DNA of 63,769 nucleotides, the filler included, from Craspedostauros australis (Eukaryota): assembly GCA_030167865.1 (NCBI GenBank). It is 7 parts of 7 records of this genome, joined end to end, with 100 filler letters (N's around TTAATTAATTAA, not from the genome) between each part and the next. Parts side by side here need not be neighbours in the genome. Positions count along the whole stretch, not along the records: positions 26,347 to 56,653 come from JALAGF010006334.1; 6 more parts are not named here. One strand, 5' to 3'. Made by a program: the position numbers and the translations under genes. Shown here piece by piece: positions 33,892-46,928 of the stretch. The notes under the pieces are model-generated. The model was not told the origin of the DNA, searched no databases, and saw nothing but the letters and a program-made list of their open reading frames with translations. Within the stretch, counting starts at the first letter, position 1. Each line of letters begins with the position of its first letter.

Positions 33892-34437
33892 GGTATGGTT
33901 GTCTATTATTCTATTCTATTATATCATACAATTGTAGCAATGGGCGGCTGCTGATCGATGCTGCCAGTGGAGTGGTCACAACGACGGCAGCATCAGTCAA
34001 CAATCGAGGGTGGGATCAACTGTGCGCCATGGTCAACCACATTCAACACGCGCATTCTCGTGTTGGAACAGAAAGCTCTTGTTGTTGCACAAAGAAGAAA
34101 TCGAGAACACTTTTTGGTGGTTGTTCGTGTTGTCAACGGACAGGCAGCAAGACGGATTCTGTTTGTGGTCGTACGAGTCCATACAGTGCATAGTAACCAT
34201 GACTCAAATGATGGCGACAAAACCCACCCAAAACGAAACAAGGAAAGATCGTGATGGATCGGTTGCTGGAGTCGTCCAAGATGATGGCATGAGCGCATCA
34301 TCATCATCATCATCCTCGAGATCGGCCATACTCTAATACTAGTACTATTATTGCATAGTAGGACTCCTTCTCACACTCGGCCACTTGATAGAAGTGTAGC
34401 ACCACCATTTGCAACTGAAGCACTCCCATACCATACG

Positions 34438-35322
34438 ATGGAGCGTCTTCTCCTTGCCTTGATCTGTCATTTGGTCGTTGCGTCACCATGGGTCCTCTGT
34501 CTGGCTGAGACACCACCACCAACAACAACGACGACAACGACGACCACCGCTACATATCCCAATCAATGTGTGAACAGCGCAAGCAATAGCACCTTCGGAA
34601 CGTATCCCAACCCGCTCAACATCACGCAACACGATCGCGACGGCTTCCATCCCGTCATGAAGTTCCCCGCGCCGTCCAAACCACAGCCCGCCGCCATGGA
34701 TCTCACGACCTGCGCGGACGGCATCGCACCACAATCGCAACGACACGCCGCGCAACGACGTCACGACGCCTGGCACACTCGCATTCTGCGCAGGTTCACC
34801 TTCGTCGCCGACCGACGCACCGTCGACAAGATCGGCAAATACGACGAGGATCGACAGGCGCTCTACGCGACGCAGCACTTCTTGAATGCCGACATCGACA
34901 TCGACGGCTACCGCGGCGCGCGCACGATCCATCTCGGCATCGATCTCATGGCGCGCGTCGGCACGCCCGTCTACGCCTTTGCCGATGGCGTCGTCCACGC
35001 CATGGGATACAACGCGGCGCTCGGAGATTATGGCAACGTCGTCGTCGTGCAGCACGCGCTATCGGGCAACCGCACGCTGTGGGCGCTCTACGGGCATCTC
35101 GGCGAACTGTCCTGCGCGCAGCAGATTCGCAAAGGGCAGATGATTGGGCGCATCGGTGACGTCCATGAGAATGGCGGGTGGGTGGCGCCGCATTTACATT
35201 TTCAGCTTTCGATGCATGCACCCGAGACGCATGATATGCCGGGTGCGGCGTCGCGGGAAGATCGTGAGCGGGCGTTAACACACTATCCGGATCCGCGGTA
35301 TGTTTTGGGGCCGATCTATTAG
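34438..35322 (+). CDS. Secreted M23-family metallopeptidase
   Basis: Signal peptide; HLGID (HxxxD) and HLHFQ (HxH); GDYGN, ALYGHL. Confidence 0.85.
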   Translation: MERLLLALICHLVVASPWVLCLAETPPPTTTTTTTTTATYPNQCVNSASNSTFGTYPNPLNITQHDRDGFHPVMKFPAPSKPQPAAMDLTTCADGIAPQSQRHAAQRRHDAWHTRILRRFTFVADRRTVDKIGKYDEDRQALYATQHFLNADIDIDGYRGARTIHLGIDLMARVGTPVYAFADGVVHAMGYNAALGDYGNVVVVQHALSGNRTLWALYGHLGELSCAQQIRKGQMIGRIGDVHENGGWVAPHLHFQLSMHAPETHDMPGAASREDRERALTHYPDPRYVLGPIY

Positions 35323-35635
35323 GGGTGATGTAAAGTGTGAAGATTGGAGTGGAGCCCTTGCATAGTGATACCACCGCACTTGTAGGAACCGCACGCTCCA
35401 CTCCAGAACAAACGTATCAAATGTCACATCTGTTCAACATGTTTGTACATAGTATTACTAGTTAACAGCTCTTCAATAATGGTGATAGTTGACATTGTAC
35501 GCAGGAACGCGAACTTCCTCTGAATATATTGAACTGCCATCGATTGTTTGTTGCATTGCGCTGCGTGATATAACTATCTCAGTGCCAACACAACACAACC
35601 GAGCCGTTCCATCCATCTCCATTTCATTTTTCATT

Positions 35636-36904
35636 CTACAAAATGACACAGCTGGGAGCAAAGCAACGATCGCCTTCCTCGGCCGACGCATCCACGGCAC
35701 GTCCTTGGGCCTCCTGCACGCGCTGTGCCCATGCCGCGGGAAGGCAGAATGCGTTGCGATGCAGGTCCGTGTTGTACCATTGCAGATCCTTCAACACGGC
35801 GGATGTGGGCCATCGCAGAGGCGTTTGGCACGACCGTGCGGATGGACCCTTCTGCGCCAGCACCATTCCAGTTTCGCCGGTCTGGCACGAGGGTGCCTTG
35901 ATGGTGGCGAATTCCACGGCGTCGAACAGGGCAGAGAAGGCTGTGATGGAAGCCTTGATGGCCGCCTCCTGGATCCAAAACGATCCCGTCTTTGCGCAGA
36001 CAACGCCGTTCGCCTTCAAGGCGTCGTGGACATACTTGCACAGCTGCGCATTTGATGTGGATTCCTCTTCTTCGGGTTCTGGCGTCGTTGGCATCGCAAG
36101 CTCGAGGTTCATGTTGATGAAAATAACGTCGTATTGGTTGCTCTTCGTTTCTGCGAGCTTGGCCAAGAATTCCTCGCCGTCCTGCTCGACGATCTGCAAT
36201 CGAGAATCTTGCCACACTTTGGATGGCACCATGTCTGACAGATGCTTCTTGCTGACTTCGATGAGCGTGGGATCGGCCTCGACCATCGTGATCTTATCAA
36301 CGTGGTTGTGCCGGCATACCTCGCGCACGATGGTGCCGTCTCCGCCACCCAACACGAGCACGTTGCGTGGTCGTTTGTGCGAGTACATCGTGATGTGCAC
36401 CATCATTTCGCTGGAGACTCGTTCATCCTTCTCCGTGAGTTCTGTTGTTCGAAGCGATAGTACATTGGCATACGGATGTACAGACGGTGTTGGGATGAAG
36501 CAGAATGAAACAAATGGGTGAGTGGATGTTGCTGATGGCAGAACAGGAGACGCCTCAATGCCAAGCCCAAACAAACCTCACTTACGAATCGTCTTGTCCA
36601 CGGTCAGAACCTTGCCGTACTGCGCCGATTGGAACACGAGCACATCGTTGTTGACGTCCGATTTGGAATGACACAAGATGGCCTGCTTGTCCACGGACTT
36701 TTCCAATGCCAACGACATGCGCTGACCCGTGGACTGCGTCTGCGTGAACCAACCATGTTCGATGCCAGGATACGTCTTGACCTTGGGCGGCTGTGGTTTG
36801 GGCGGTTTGGCAACGACGGGGATGCTGGCCGGTTCCTTCAAACCCTTCGTGGGAACGCTGTGGCGGTATTTCGCCTCTTGGCCTTTGGATTCGACGGCGC
36901 CCAT
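35636..36904 (-). CDS. Spermidine-synthase-like protein; exons 36904-36586 and 36441-35636
   Basis: GWF, YGKVLTVD, QLTEKDE (across a GTAAGT...ACAG intron), VLVLGGGDG, YNTDLHRNAFCLP. Confidence 0.88.
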
Positions 36905-37801
36905 TGTTGCTGTTGCTTGGTGTGGTGTCGATGAACTTCGATGATGCAAATGAGACCAATGGAAGTGTTGCTCTTGATTCAGTTGTTACTTGTGTGCGCC
37001 TCTTGTGGGTGTGAATGACTGCTTCTGGATACTGTGTGGAAGTTCGTCGTCTCGTCAGAACTCAAGAAAGAGAGAGGAACCCAGCACCCAATACGGACGT
37101 GGAGATTCGTTTCAAATTCTCACAAGGGAGGCTGGTTCTCCCTAAAACGATGCAAGCGGAGAGGAACTGTTTTTATGGCCTTTCTCGTTGCTCGTCGTTT
37201 CGATTTCTCGATCAGCTTGTTGTGGCAACTTCCGTCGAAACGATGATGATGGTGATGATGATAACAAGTACTCTATGACTCTCTCTTCTCTCTTCTCTCT
37301 CCTCTCCTCTCTCTGTCTCAGTCAACACACACAAGAGGGAGATCTCACGACCTTTCCATGACTTCTGCAGCGATGATGATGATGTGTTGTTTGCGTGTTG
37401 TTTGTTTCGCTTTGGCCCGCGCTTTCTGCGACGCCTTGTGGAGAAAGAAGAACCTTCTCATTGAATTGTGACCGTCATCGTCCCTGATCGTCATCGACTG
37501 TTCGCAAACCAAACACGATTTCGGTTTATTTCGAACCAAAAAAGTCGAACAATGTACTCCAATGGGTCATACAGGACTAAAGTTGCTTTCCGCTCGCGCA
37601 GGCGAAACTTCGCCAATGCAACTGCACAAACTTCCGTCACAATTTCGGTAAAATTCCGAACGAAAAGGAGATGTTGTTCGTTGCGTACTGTTCGATACGA
37701 GCCACTGTCGTGAATTCCGTGCTCCTCCTATCTTGCGTTACCTGCCGTCTATTGTATAATATTATATTATACTATTAGATTCAATACCTCACTCGCTCAT
37801 G

Positions 37802-40450
37802 TCAGACGGTATTGTTGATGGTCAAGTTGTTTCCGTACACCGTGATCGTCTCCAGATTGGGCAGCTCGGTCACCTGCGTTGGGATCGTGCCGACCAGATC
37901 ATTCTCGTGCAACTCAAGACTTGTCAGTTCCACCAAGTTGCCGAGGTCTGTGGGTATTATACCCGTGAGGAAGTTGGAGTTCAAGCGGAGCATCTGCAGG
38001 TATGGTAGCATGCCCAATTCCGAAGGGATGGGACCGGTCAGCTCATTGCCGTCTAATCGTATGAGCGCGATCTCAGTCATGTTGCCCAACACGGTTGGAA
38101 TCGTACCATTGAATGAATTATCCCACAACTCCAAATTGGACAGACCCCGCAAAGCCCCCAGTTCGTCAGGTAGTGGCCCTGATAGCTCATTATTGGCCAT
38201 GATCAGGGATGTCAGGTTACCCAATCGCCCAATCTCGGATGGGATCTGACCGCCAATTCCTGTGAACAAAATTTCGATCCCCTCCAACAAAAGCATGTCG
38301 CCAATCTCGGTCGGGATCGTTCCATTCAACGGGAGACTTTCCAATGTCAGGAACGATATCTTCGTCAGTCGTGCGATGGTGGTTGGAATGGTTCCCTGCA
38401 GGTTGGTTACGCTCACGTCCAAATGCATCAGATTCGTGCACTTTCCAATCTCGGATGGGATGGTTCCGGATATCGATGAGAAGATGAGACCGAGGGCATC
38501 GAGATTCGTCAGCAATCCGATTTCCGTTGGAATCTGGCCCGTCACTCTATTACCGTCCAAGGCTAGCTGTTTGAGCTGCCGCAAGTCACCGATGTGTGAC
38601 GATATCGTACCAGTGATCTCGTTGTTGTTCAGATCCAGCCAGCGCAGGCCGTTCAATAAAAACAGAGCTGGATCGATAGCACCTTTCAAACCATAATTGA
38701 GTAAGAACAGGCCACTCACGGTTTGAGAGTCGTCGCATACCACCCCAAGGGAAGAACGAGCGTTCCACTCGCAGATGTCCAGATCGGACAGGAAACCGAA
38801 TGAGATGCCCCAAGATGCACCGTCCATCGACATGTATATGCTCACGAGGGCGTAGTATTCCAAGATCCGGCGGCCTGAATTTGCATTTGCTTGTCGCAGC
38901 AGCTGGAATGGAATCCCGTTTTCGCCATTGGCCATCCAATCTATCACTTGGTATGGGACGGTTTCGTTGTTGGTGAACAGGGATCGTGGAATGGAGGTTG
39001 GTGGTTGCTGGAGGGTTGGTGCGAGAAATTCCATCAAAGCGAAGAATGCATCCGTTTGCTCGAATTCGGTGGTCGGTTCAATCGACGGTTGGCCCGACGG
39101 AGGTGCCGATGGAATCTTGGACGGTGCTGATGATGGCAGTCGGGATGGTGATAAAGACGGTGGGTGGGATGGGATAGATGATGGCTGCTCGCTTGGTGAT
39201 ACGGACGGGTTGTTGGTTGGTTGGGACGATGAGATGATATCATTTCCCACAACCGCACTGCCGCCATCGTCTCTGGTTAGCAGTACAATGAGTACGATTG
39301 CAGCGACGACGGACAAGAGCACAAGGAGCACGGCGGCTATGCCCCGGATATATTTGCGCTTGCCATGCGCATTGCTGCTGTGGCTGGATGAGTCGGCCTC
39401 GATATCACCACTGTCGCCATCAGTGGGAGACATGCCAAAATCTCCGTTGCCACTCACCACCTGCGCGGACAGGTGAGGTGCGGCAACCACCGCAGCGACC
39501 GGAACGTTTCTCATCTGCTGATGGTGTCGCTGCACTTCCCGTAGAATGGTTGCTTCGACATCAGCGGGGGTGAGGGAGTCATCAACGGCGATGGCGGAGG
39601 CGATGCCTTCGATATCCAAGCTTCCCATGGCGTTGGCGGAAGCTGCTGGTGAGGCTGATGGCGGGTCGGTTCGCAACGTGGGGGTATCATTCGCTGTGGC
39701 AGTCGCCTCCAGCGCGATCCCGGAGTCAGCAGTGCGGATCTCCTCCATTCGTTCCGACGTACTTTCCCGACTGCCGCTGCGTGCACCGCTACTGGATTGC
39801 GTCATGGCGGTGGATCGTCCACCATACTGCAGAGTAAGGGTGTCATCATCGTCACCGTCGAACAACTCCGGTCCGTCGTCGTTGTCGTCGTCGGTGGCAT
39901 TGTCAGTGGCATTGTCGAAGCCGCGGATATTAGAATCCACATCGCCCTCTTCATTTTTCATGACAGCTGAGTCATCTGAACTTGCCAACGTTTTCATCAC
40001 GGCGCGCTCATCATCATCCTCAGCACCGGAATTCATCATGCCTGGAGCGATGAGCGACGCTTCCTCTTTGTCATCGCTGAGAATGTTCGGCGCGCCCGTC
40101 GACGGCAGATCCGTCATCATGGCCTTGGCCATGACATTGTACCGTTGCTGCGTCGACTTGCGGGGCTCCCGCAGCTTGTCGCCACCGGTTCCGACCGATG
40201 GTCTCATGAGGATGGAACCATGCGGTTCCTGTTTCTGCGGTAGCGGGTTCGTCGAGTTGATTGCAATGCCTTCGGCAGCACGCAACGACGTGAATCGGCG
40301 GCTTTGTCGCTGACTGCGCCTGTTGCGCAACACCTCGGAGCGGGCTCTGCGCATGGCTAGTGAGTCATCAGCAGCATCATCATGGGGGGCTTCGTCTGCC
40401 GTGTCCTCCTGATCCTGACCACCGGTCTCTTCTTCTGAAGATCTATCCAT
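37802..40450 (-). CDS. Diatom-type LRR receptor-like membrane protein (no kinase)
   Basis: Low-complexity N-terminus, TM helix, PSxxP stalk, CEW..GVVC cap, many LxxNxLxGxIPxxIG repeats. Confidence 0.92.
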   Translation of the reverse strand: MDRSSEEETGGQDQEDTADEAPHDDAADDSLAMRRARSEVLRNRRSQRQSRRFTSLRAAEGIAINSTNPLPQKQEPHGSILMRPSVGTGGDKLREPRKSTQQRYNVMAKAMMTDLPSTGAPNILSDDKEEASLIAPGMMNSGAEDDDERAVMKTLASSDDSAVMKNEEGDVDSNIRGFDNATDNATDDDNDDGPELFDGDDDDTLTLQYGGRSTAMTQSSSGARSGSRESTSERMEEIRTADSGIALEATATANDTPTLRTDPPSASPAASANAMGSLDIEGIASAIAVDDSLTPADVEATILREVQRHHQQMRNVPVAAVVAAPHLSAQVVSGNGDFGMSPTDGDSGDIEADSSSHSSNAHGKRKYIRGIAAVLLVLLSVVAAIVLIVLLTRDDGGSAVVGNDIISSSQPTNNPSVSPSEQPSSIPSHPPSLSPSRLPSSAPSKIPSAPPSGQPSIEPTTEFEQTDAFFALMEFLAPTLQQPPTSIPRSLFTNNETVPYQVIDWMANGENGIPFQLLRQANANSGRRILEYYALVSIYMSMDGASWGISFGFLSDLDICEWNARSSLGVVCDDSQTVSGLFLLNYGLKGAIDPALFLLNGLRWLDLNNNEITGTISSHIGDLRQLKQLALDGNRVTGQIPTEIGLLTNLDALGLIFSSISGTIPSEIGKCTNLMHLDVSVTNLQGTIPTTIARLTKISFLTLESLPLNGTIPTEIGDMLLLEGIEILFTGIGGQIPSEIGRLGNLTSLIMANNELSGPLPDELGALRGLSNLELWDNSFNGTIPTVLGNMTEIALIRLDGNELTGPIPSELGMLPYLQMLRLNSNFLTGIIPTDLGNLVELTSLELHENDLVGTIPTQVTELPNLETITVYGNNLTINNTV

Positions 40451-42473
40451 GCTGGGGTTCGTTCGAGAAGCCGAAGAGCGTATGCGGTTTGGCCGGCGTT
40501 GCTGTCAATGCATTGGTTGCGCTGGTGGTACGCAATACTTATGATCTATCGTGATCCACTTTTATGATTGTTGACACCGGCGTTTCACATGATTGTGGAC
40601 ATCATGGATGCGGTCAAACATCATCGTCAATGCTGCATGGGGGCAGACGTCCATGTGCAGAGTCCAGCTCGCCTCATTTTTGCGTCGATCGCGGTTTGTG
40701 TGAGTTGCGCTGCTTTGCGGTGACAAAAAAAAGCGCAGATTTGATTCGCCGATGCGTGACGTCTTCTACCTCTTCTTTCACTCCTTTTCGACTTTGTCGA
40801 AACTGTCCTCTTTCGTTCTGTCAGTCAACCGTGTAAACAAGGTACATGCAAGAGCGATGATGTGCGATAGTTCGCTGCCTGATATTTAACGGAAGGCTGA
40901 AATGATTGCCCTTGAGAACACCTTACGACTACGCCATGGCACAGACAAGTCTGTACACGCGCGGACCAATAATAGAGGTGGCAACGCCAGAGAGATTCAG
41001 ATTACTCTATGAGGGCTACCAGGTCGTGTATGCCCACCACATCTTCCGTTGTCTCAGGCTCCTTAGGCGACGCTCGTGTTCGCACCATAATGCTGTGTTA
41101 ACCGTTTCACCTGCATCTCTCCTTGCAGAAAAACACAGACCTGTATTTGAAGCAGTGTGTGTCATTGTGCAATACCAGATCAATGGTGGAGCAGAAATGT
41201 TCGCAACCGAACGGTATTGGTGAAAGGGAACAACCCAATGCGACAATCTTCACACGCAGCAGTCAGAGCAGTAGTATCACACTAAAACAATCGATAGGAC
41301 CACAGGAATCACACAACTAGCCATTGTTATGAGAGTGAAGCCTGTCCGGATTTGTCAAAGCCTGTTGAGATTTGTCCGGATCTGTCCGTATGTCCGATTA
41401 TATTCTTGTCCGTTAATAGGAATTTCACATTTCAAGGAATTTCTCGTTCAATTGCGGTGTCTGAAGAAATCGAAGAACAAATGGATCAACACACTGATAT
41501 TCTCTATTATTGGTCCCGCAAGACTCAGGAAGAGGTCATTTCTGGAATTCTGGACCAATTATCGGGTGTCGCAGAGTCGCGCGAATTCTTGTGGTCGTGA
41601 TGTCAAAGGTCCTCGATGGCACCCAATTCAGATTTTCTGATTCGTTTTTCCTCGCTGTCGTACTCGTACACTCGGTGCCATCTTTGCGAATCGACGGCAT
41701 AGCAAAGCGCTTGTATTGGTGATCGTCACTTGTGCTCCTCTTCTCGTCGCTCTCGCTGGAATCCTTCCATGCAGTTTCATTGGCATCGACTCAAGACCGA
41801 CAATCACACGCGTGCAAGAAATCTCAGGATCCTCTCCCCATCGTCTTGGCCGGACGGCGACAGGATACTAGAGTACGACCAAGAGTACTGCCTTCACCGA
41901 ATCTCGCGAAAACGGGAGAGATCCAAAGGATCCGCGCATGGGATCGCGACACAGTTTCTCTGGTGCGTGTTTGTGTGTACATACGTCGTCGGATACTATG
42001 CTTGCCAACATTTGGATTTCTATCCTCTGTGATGTCGTCTGGATTCATTCCCGTTGTCCACCTGACAGGGGTGACGCTCGGTGGAACTCCGTAAATGCTG
42101 CACAGCCAGCGACACCTCCAAAACACATCCTGGTTCATCGTTTTTGGTTCCTTTCACATCTTTCTCACTTGAGGTGGTTGGGAGGCCTTGGTGGAAATGA
42201 AATACGTACAGTTGTCAGCATCTCGATCACAGATCCGCAGTAGGAGACCTACCGCAATGGCTGTAGAATCGTATCCAAAACCAATCCAACCTCCAACGTA
42301 CGGCCCTTGGGCGTCGTTTGCATGCTGCGCCACCTGTGCGCTGGCATCGCCCGTATTTCCAACAACAAATCTAGCCGCATGTCTTCACATCCTCACAAAA
42401 AGCAAAACTAGGACTGATTCACCCATCAAACGCCTAAAGCCAACAACTAACCAACTAACAAACAAACAACACC

Positions 42474-43088
42474 ATGAAGCTCTCCGTTTCCTCCGCCATC
42501 GCTGCCGCCCTCATGGGCATGTTCTCCGCAGCCAACGCCGACGTCCTCTTGCAGAGCTTCGCCGGCGACAGCGGCTGGGAGGTGAAGACCGACGACGTCA
42601 TCACTGGTGGAGAATCCACAGGCACCCTCGTTCCGGCAGGCGATCGTTCCTACTTCGATGGGTTTGTCAATTTCCAGCCATTCATCGGCGGACCAGGATT
42701 CGCCAAGGCCATTGGCACCAAGTCCTTCCCCAACATCGATGGCTGCGAAGCCATTGAGATCACCATGGACTCCGTCATCGGCTACAATGGATACTACATA
42801 GCCTTCGGATATACTCGTCCAACTCCCGAGAAGCCAATTCCATTCGAGTGGCGCGCTGCCATCCCCATCTCTGGATCAGGCAAGCACGCAAACACCATCC
42901 CACTCACCGAGTTCAGCAATGCCTGGGACTTTACCACCGGCAAGATCATCACCACATGCTCTGCCGACCCAACCGTCTGCCCAACCCCAGCTGTGCTGTC
43001 CGACATCCAGTTCATGGAGGTCTGGGCTCAAGGAGTCGAGGGACAGTACGTCACTGATCTCTTCAGCATCAAGGCAGTCGGTTGCTAA
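42474..43088 (+). CDS. Secreted CIA30-like domain protein
   Basis: Signal peptide MKLSVSSAIAAALMGMFSAANA; W..DDVITGGESTG and GGPGF motifs. Confidence 0.7.
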   Translation: MKLSVSSAIAAALMGMFSAANADVLLQSFAGDSGWEVKTDDVITGGESTGTLVPAGDRSYFDGFVNFQPFIGGPGFAKAIGTKSFPNIDGCEAIEITMDSVIGYNGYYIAFGYTRPTPEKPIPFEWRAAIPISGSGKHANTIPLTEFSNAWDFTTGKIITTCSADPTVCPTPAVLSDIQFMEVWAQGVEGQYVTDLFSIKAVGC

Positions 43089-45821
43089 GGTAGCAGTCGC
43101 AGCCTGTGCCCTCTTGGAGTAGGGTTGTGGACGTGGATCCTGGTGCGCAAATTGAAGCAGATCCTGCCAATGCCAACTATAATATTCTATTATATAATAG
43201 AATAGATGATGATTGCAAACCTACCGCATCATGACACAGAATCGGTTGCTATCATGCGGACTCATGAACAGCAGCAACAATACTCATATCCTTCACGTCC
43301 CTACACTCCCCTATCAATAAATATGTAAAGATGTAGTCTTTCACCACACAAATAGCGCAGTGTCGAGTGCACGCATCGGTAGAGTGGAGTATCGAGGCTA
43401 GGGTGAAGCAAACACACGCTCATGTCTTGCATAGCCACCCGATAAATCAGCTTCGCTGATTAGAGGCACACATTCAGTCACTTTCTTGGCGCTTTTCGTA
43501 CTTGAATTGCTTCTGAGATTGAGGTCTGAATTTCGAATTGAGTTCATGTCTCGTGTGGTGATCGTTGTGATGGTGGAGAAGCTCGTTCTGGGCTTCCTCC
43601 AAGGGTTGGGCAATCGAACGTGAGGATGGTACGCTCAATTATACAACACGAGTACGAGTAGTAGTGCAAGTACCAAATCCCGTCCATCCATCATCAAGGC
43701 ATTCTGTATGGCAAGAGGATCCACACCATCATATGACGATTACGCTGCATCACACATGTTAGGAATCGGGGGTACGACTTTGTCAAGATACCCATGATTA
43801 CCGCACCTCCCAATATTATTCGTCACATCTTTGAATATTATTCATCAATTGTTCGAACATTATTCATCACACCTTTTTGAGTCTTATTCATCACATCTAC
43901 GAACAAACACAAACATAACTGATCTCAGTCCCACCAAGAAGACAAGGTAGCCCCTCGAATAGTCTAAGAACTTCACCAAAAGCAGAACAGGAGGTCCCAA
44001 CACCAACCCAGCCACAGCAGCTAACCAGATGGCAATGTCAGCCAGAACAACAGCAGGGCAATGGGCAAGTGCTGCACCCCATCTGGGAAGCGGCACGCAC
44101 CCCTCCTACGGACAAGAACAGCTGCAGGTTTGGAACATCAGAAAGGATCAGAACAACTGCAGGTTTGGAACATCACTAAGGGTGACACCAATCGTAAGAC
44201 AAGGTGTCACAGGATCAAGGATAGAAACATATGTCAAGCAAGTATGCAGGACTGCAGATTTGTACCATGTGGACATAGACAGATACGAGCACGCATACGC
44301 AGATGATGAGTTGTTGAGACGAGGACATGAAGAAAAGCATATGAAGATGTATGGGCAAGTCATGATGAACATAGAGAGAAGCATCCAGAGAATGCAGCGA
44401 TACCCCATGATGCTACCACAGTGAATGCCTACAATGAAAATGAAATCGGAAGAGAAAGTGAGATTGAGCTCACAGTTCTAAAATGGTACAATCTAATAAC
44501 AGTTTAGATTCTTACTGACTATTACCCCAGATTTCCAACACATACATGCCCAACAGCTGTAGCCAACTCGTCGCACAAGTCCAACATCTGCAAGGCCACC
44601 CTCGTTGAGACTGAAACGAGCCTGTCAGGCAATGCGTCGATTCCATCTTTGTGGAGTGCTGCGCATGCAGCCTGCTGCATGCAATGCATGTCCTTGACCG
44701 TGACAGCCGGCGATGTGCTTGGCGGTGTTCCGGATGGGTCGGAGCTCTCTTGAAGCGTCCCACAACAAGACGATTGTTGGCAAATCCCACGCGTGGCAAT
44801 TCCCTGCTGATAGATGGTGGTGTAATTGCTGGTCCTGTTTGGTATCTCATTCCATGAATGGCTGAGTATCTCTGCAGATACCTCTCAACTATGAGTTCAC
44901 ACAAGATGCCCTCTCGCAATTATGTCTCTGTCTCTCTCTCGTCCATGATAATACTGCGCGTTATTACGTATTCAATACGCACTTGATCATCTCCCCTCAT
45001 ATTGACCTACTACTTCACATGTACTTATCAATATCTCATCTGAACTCCATGTTGCACCCTCAAGATTCACAATCCCTTGGTCATCGGATCTTCACCTTCT
45101 TGTTCTGATGTGGAGCCAGCTGTCAAGATGTTGATGACACCTTGCTTGTCAACGTCAGTCATCATCGTTACATGGCTCTGTCGATACCACATTCCATTGA
45201 GGATGCTTGAGGTAGTCAAGGGTAATGTCACTTCAGGTTCAGTTGGGAAGTAGATCAATTAAAACTCGATGTCACATGTTTGCCAGATCGCAGCCATACC
45301 GAATCTCTGATGCTCTCAGAATTGAGTTGTGACAAGTTTCCAATGAAACTTTGGATGCATGGACGTACCAAGTCTGGGATGCGGTTTATTCAATTTCTGC
45401 TTGTAGATCAAATATACATTGACAGCGCTCGTACAACAGGTAGAAGGACACTGAGTGAGCGATGCACATACACATATTCATCCCAACATAGATTGTGTGG
45501 TATTTGCAAGTGCTGTTGTTGCAGCTGATGCGCAGGGATGCCACCACCAACGCTGTGCTCCTTGACACAACACGCACAAAGGAGGCAACCCCTCACGAAG
45601 CTAATTCAACAACAACGTGAAGAATCAACGTGACACCAAATCTGCAAGGCACGGGAAAAACGTTGAAACACGACTCCAAGTGCACATGACCAGTACGACC
45701 CCCTGTCAATGACGAACGACAGTGATAGACTACACGACTCGATTGATTGAACCACATGTTTGTCTTTAACGTCTATAACGCTTATTGGTTTGAAAAACGA
45801 ACACCGAGCCCTGAATAGAAA

Positions 45822-46078
45822 TCCAATGAAAGTAATGACGATTCAATGAAAGTAATCACGATTCAATGAAAGTAATAACGTTTCAATGAAAGTAATANNN
45901 NNNNNNNNNNNNNNNNNNNNNNNNNNNNNNNNNNNNNNCGTTTCAATGAAAGTAATAGCGTTTCAATGAAAGTAATCACGATTCAATGAAAGTAATAGCG
46001 TTTCAATGAAAGTAATGACGTTCCAATGAAAGTAATGACGTTCCAATGACAGTGATGACGTTCCAATGAAAGTAATGT
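45822..46078. repeat. 20-bp tandem array (TTCAATGAAAGTAATnnCGn)
   Basis: Visible tandem units, partly gapped. Confidence 0.9.
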
Positions 46079-46710
46079 CGCACCAAGATCCAACGACAAA
46101 AATCATGNNNNNNNNNNNNNNNNNNNNNNNNNNNNNNNNNNNNNNNNNNNNNNNNNNNNNNNNNNNNNNNNNNNNNNNNNNNNNNNNNNNNNNNNNNNNN
46201 NNNNNNNNNNNNNNNNNNNNNNNNNNNNNNNNNNNNNNNNNNNNNNNNNNNNNNNNNNNNNNNNNNNNNNNNNNNNNNNNNNNNNNNNNNNNNNAAGAGC
46301 AATCAAGGAATCGACCACCCTTTTGACCTCCCAACAATTCAACAGAGGAACAGTCAAACAAGGAAAGCAGGGAACCAGACAGCTAACAACACCAGCAAGC
46401 AACAATTGGCAACAACAGAGGAAGGACAAAAAGAAGGCAAAATGATGACAACGATACCAACAGATGTCCTGTTAATAATATAATAGGTATCTGTAAGCCT
46501 ACCTTGGCTGTTTCTNACAAATCCTTGACTGAGTTGGTGAGTATTTGTTGAATTGCCTTGGACAATACTCGTGCATTGCACGCTTACATTGTGATTTGTG
46601 TTCGTGTGATCAACACGTGCGTGGAGCCTGGAACGAGACACGAATCGCTCTGTGTGACGGAAATCGAATACATGGACTGCAACGATCACTCAATGGAAGT
46701 GTCACGATGA

Positions 46711-46928
46711 CGTTTCAATGAAAGTAATCACGATTCAATGAAAGTAATCACGATTCAATGAAAGTAATCACGATTCAATGAAAGTAATAACGTTTCAATG
46801 AAAGTAATANNNNTTCAATGAAAGTAATAACGTTTCAATGAAAGTAATAGTGTTTCAATGAAAGTAATAACGTTTCAATGAAAGTAATAGCGTTTCAATG
46901 AAAGTAATAGCGTTTCAATGAAAGTAAT
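46711..46928. repeat. Second 20-bp tandem array, same orientation
   Basis: Same unit. Confidence 0.9.

Noticed and set aside
41319..42275. TGTCCG-rich cluster as a possible MITE end
   Set aside because: Only an 8-nt inverted match was found; no convincing TIR or TSD.
45822..46928. 20-bp repeats as a CRISPR array or coding repeat
   Set aside because: No unique spacers, no cas genes, eukaryotic context, and a period not divisible by 3.
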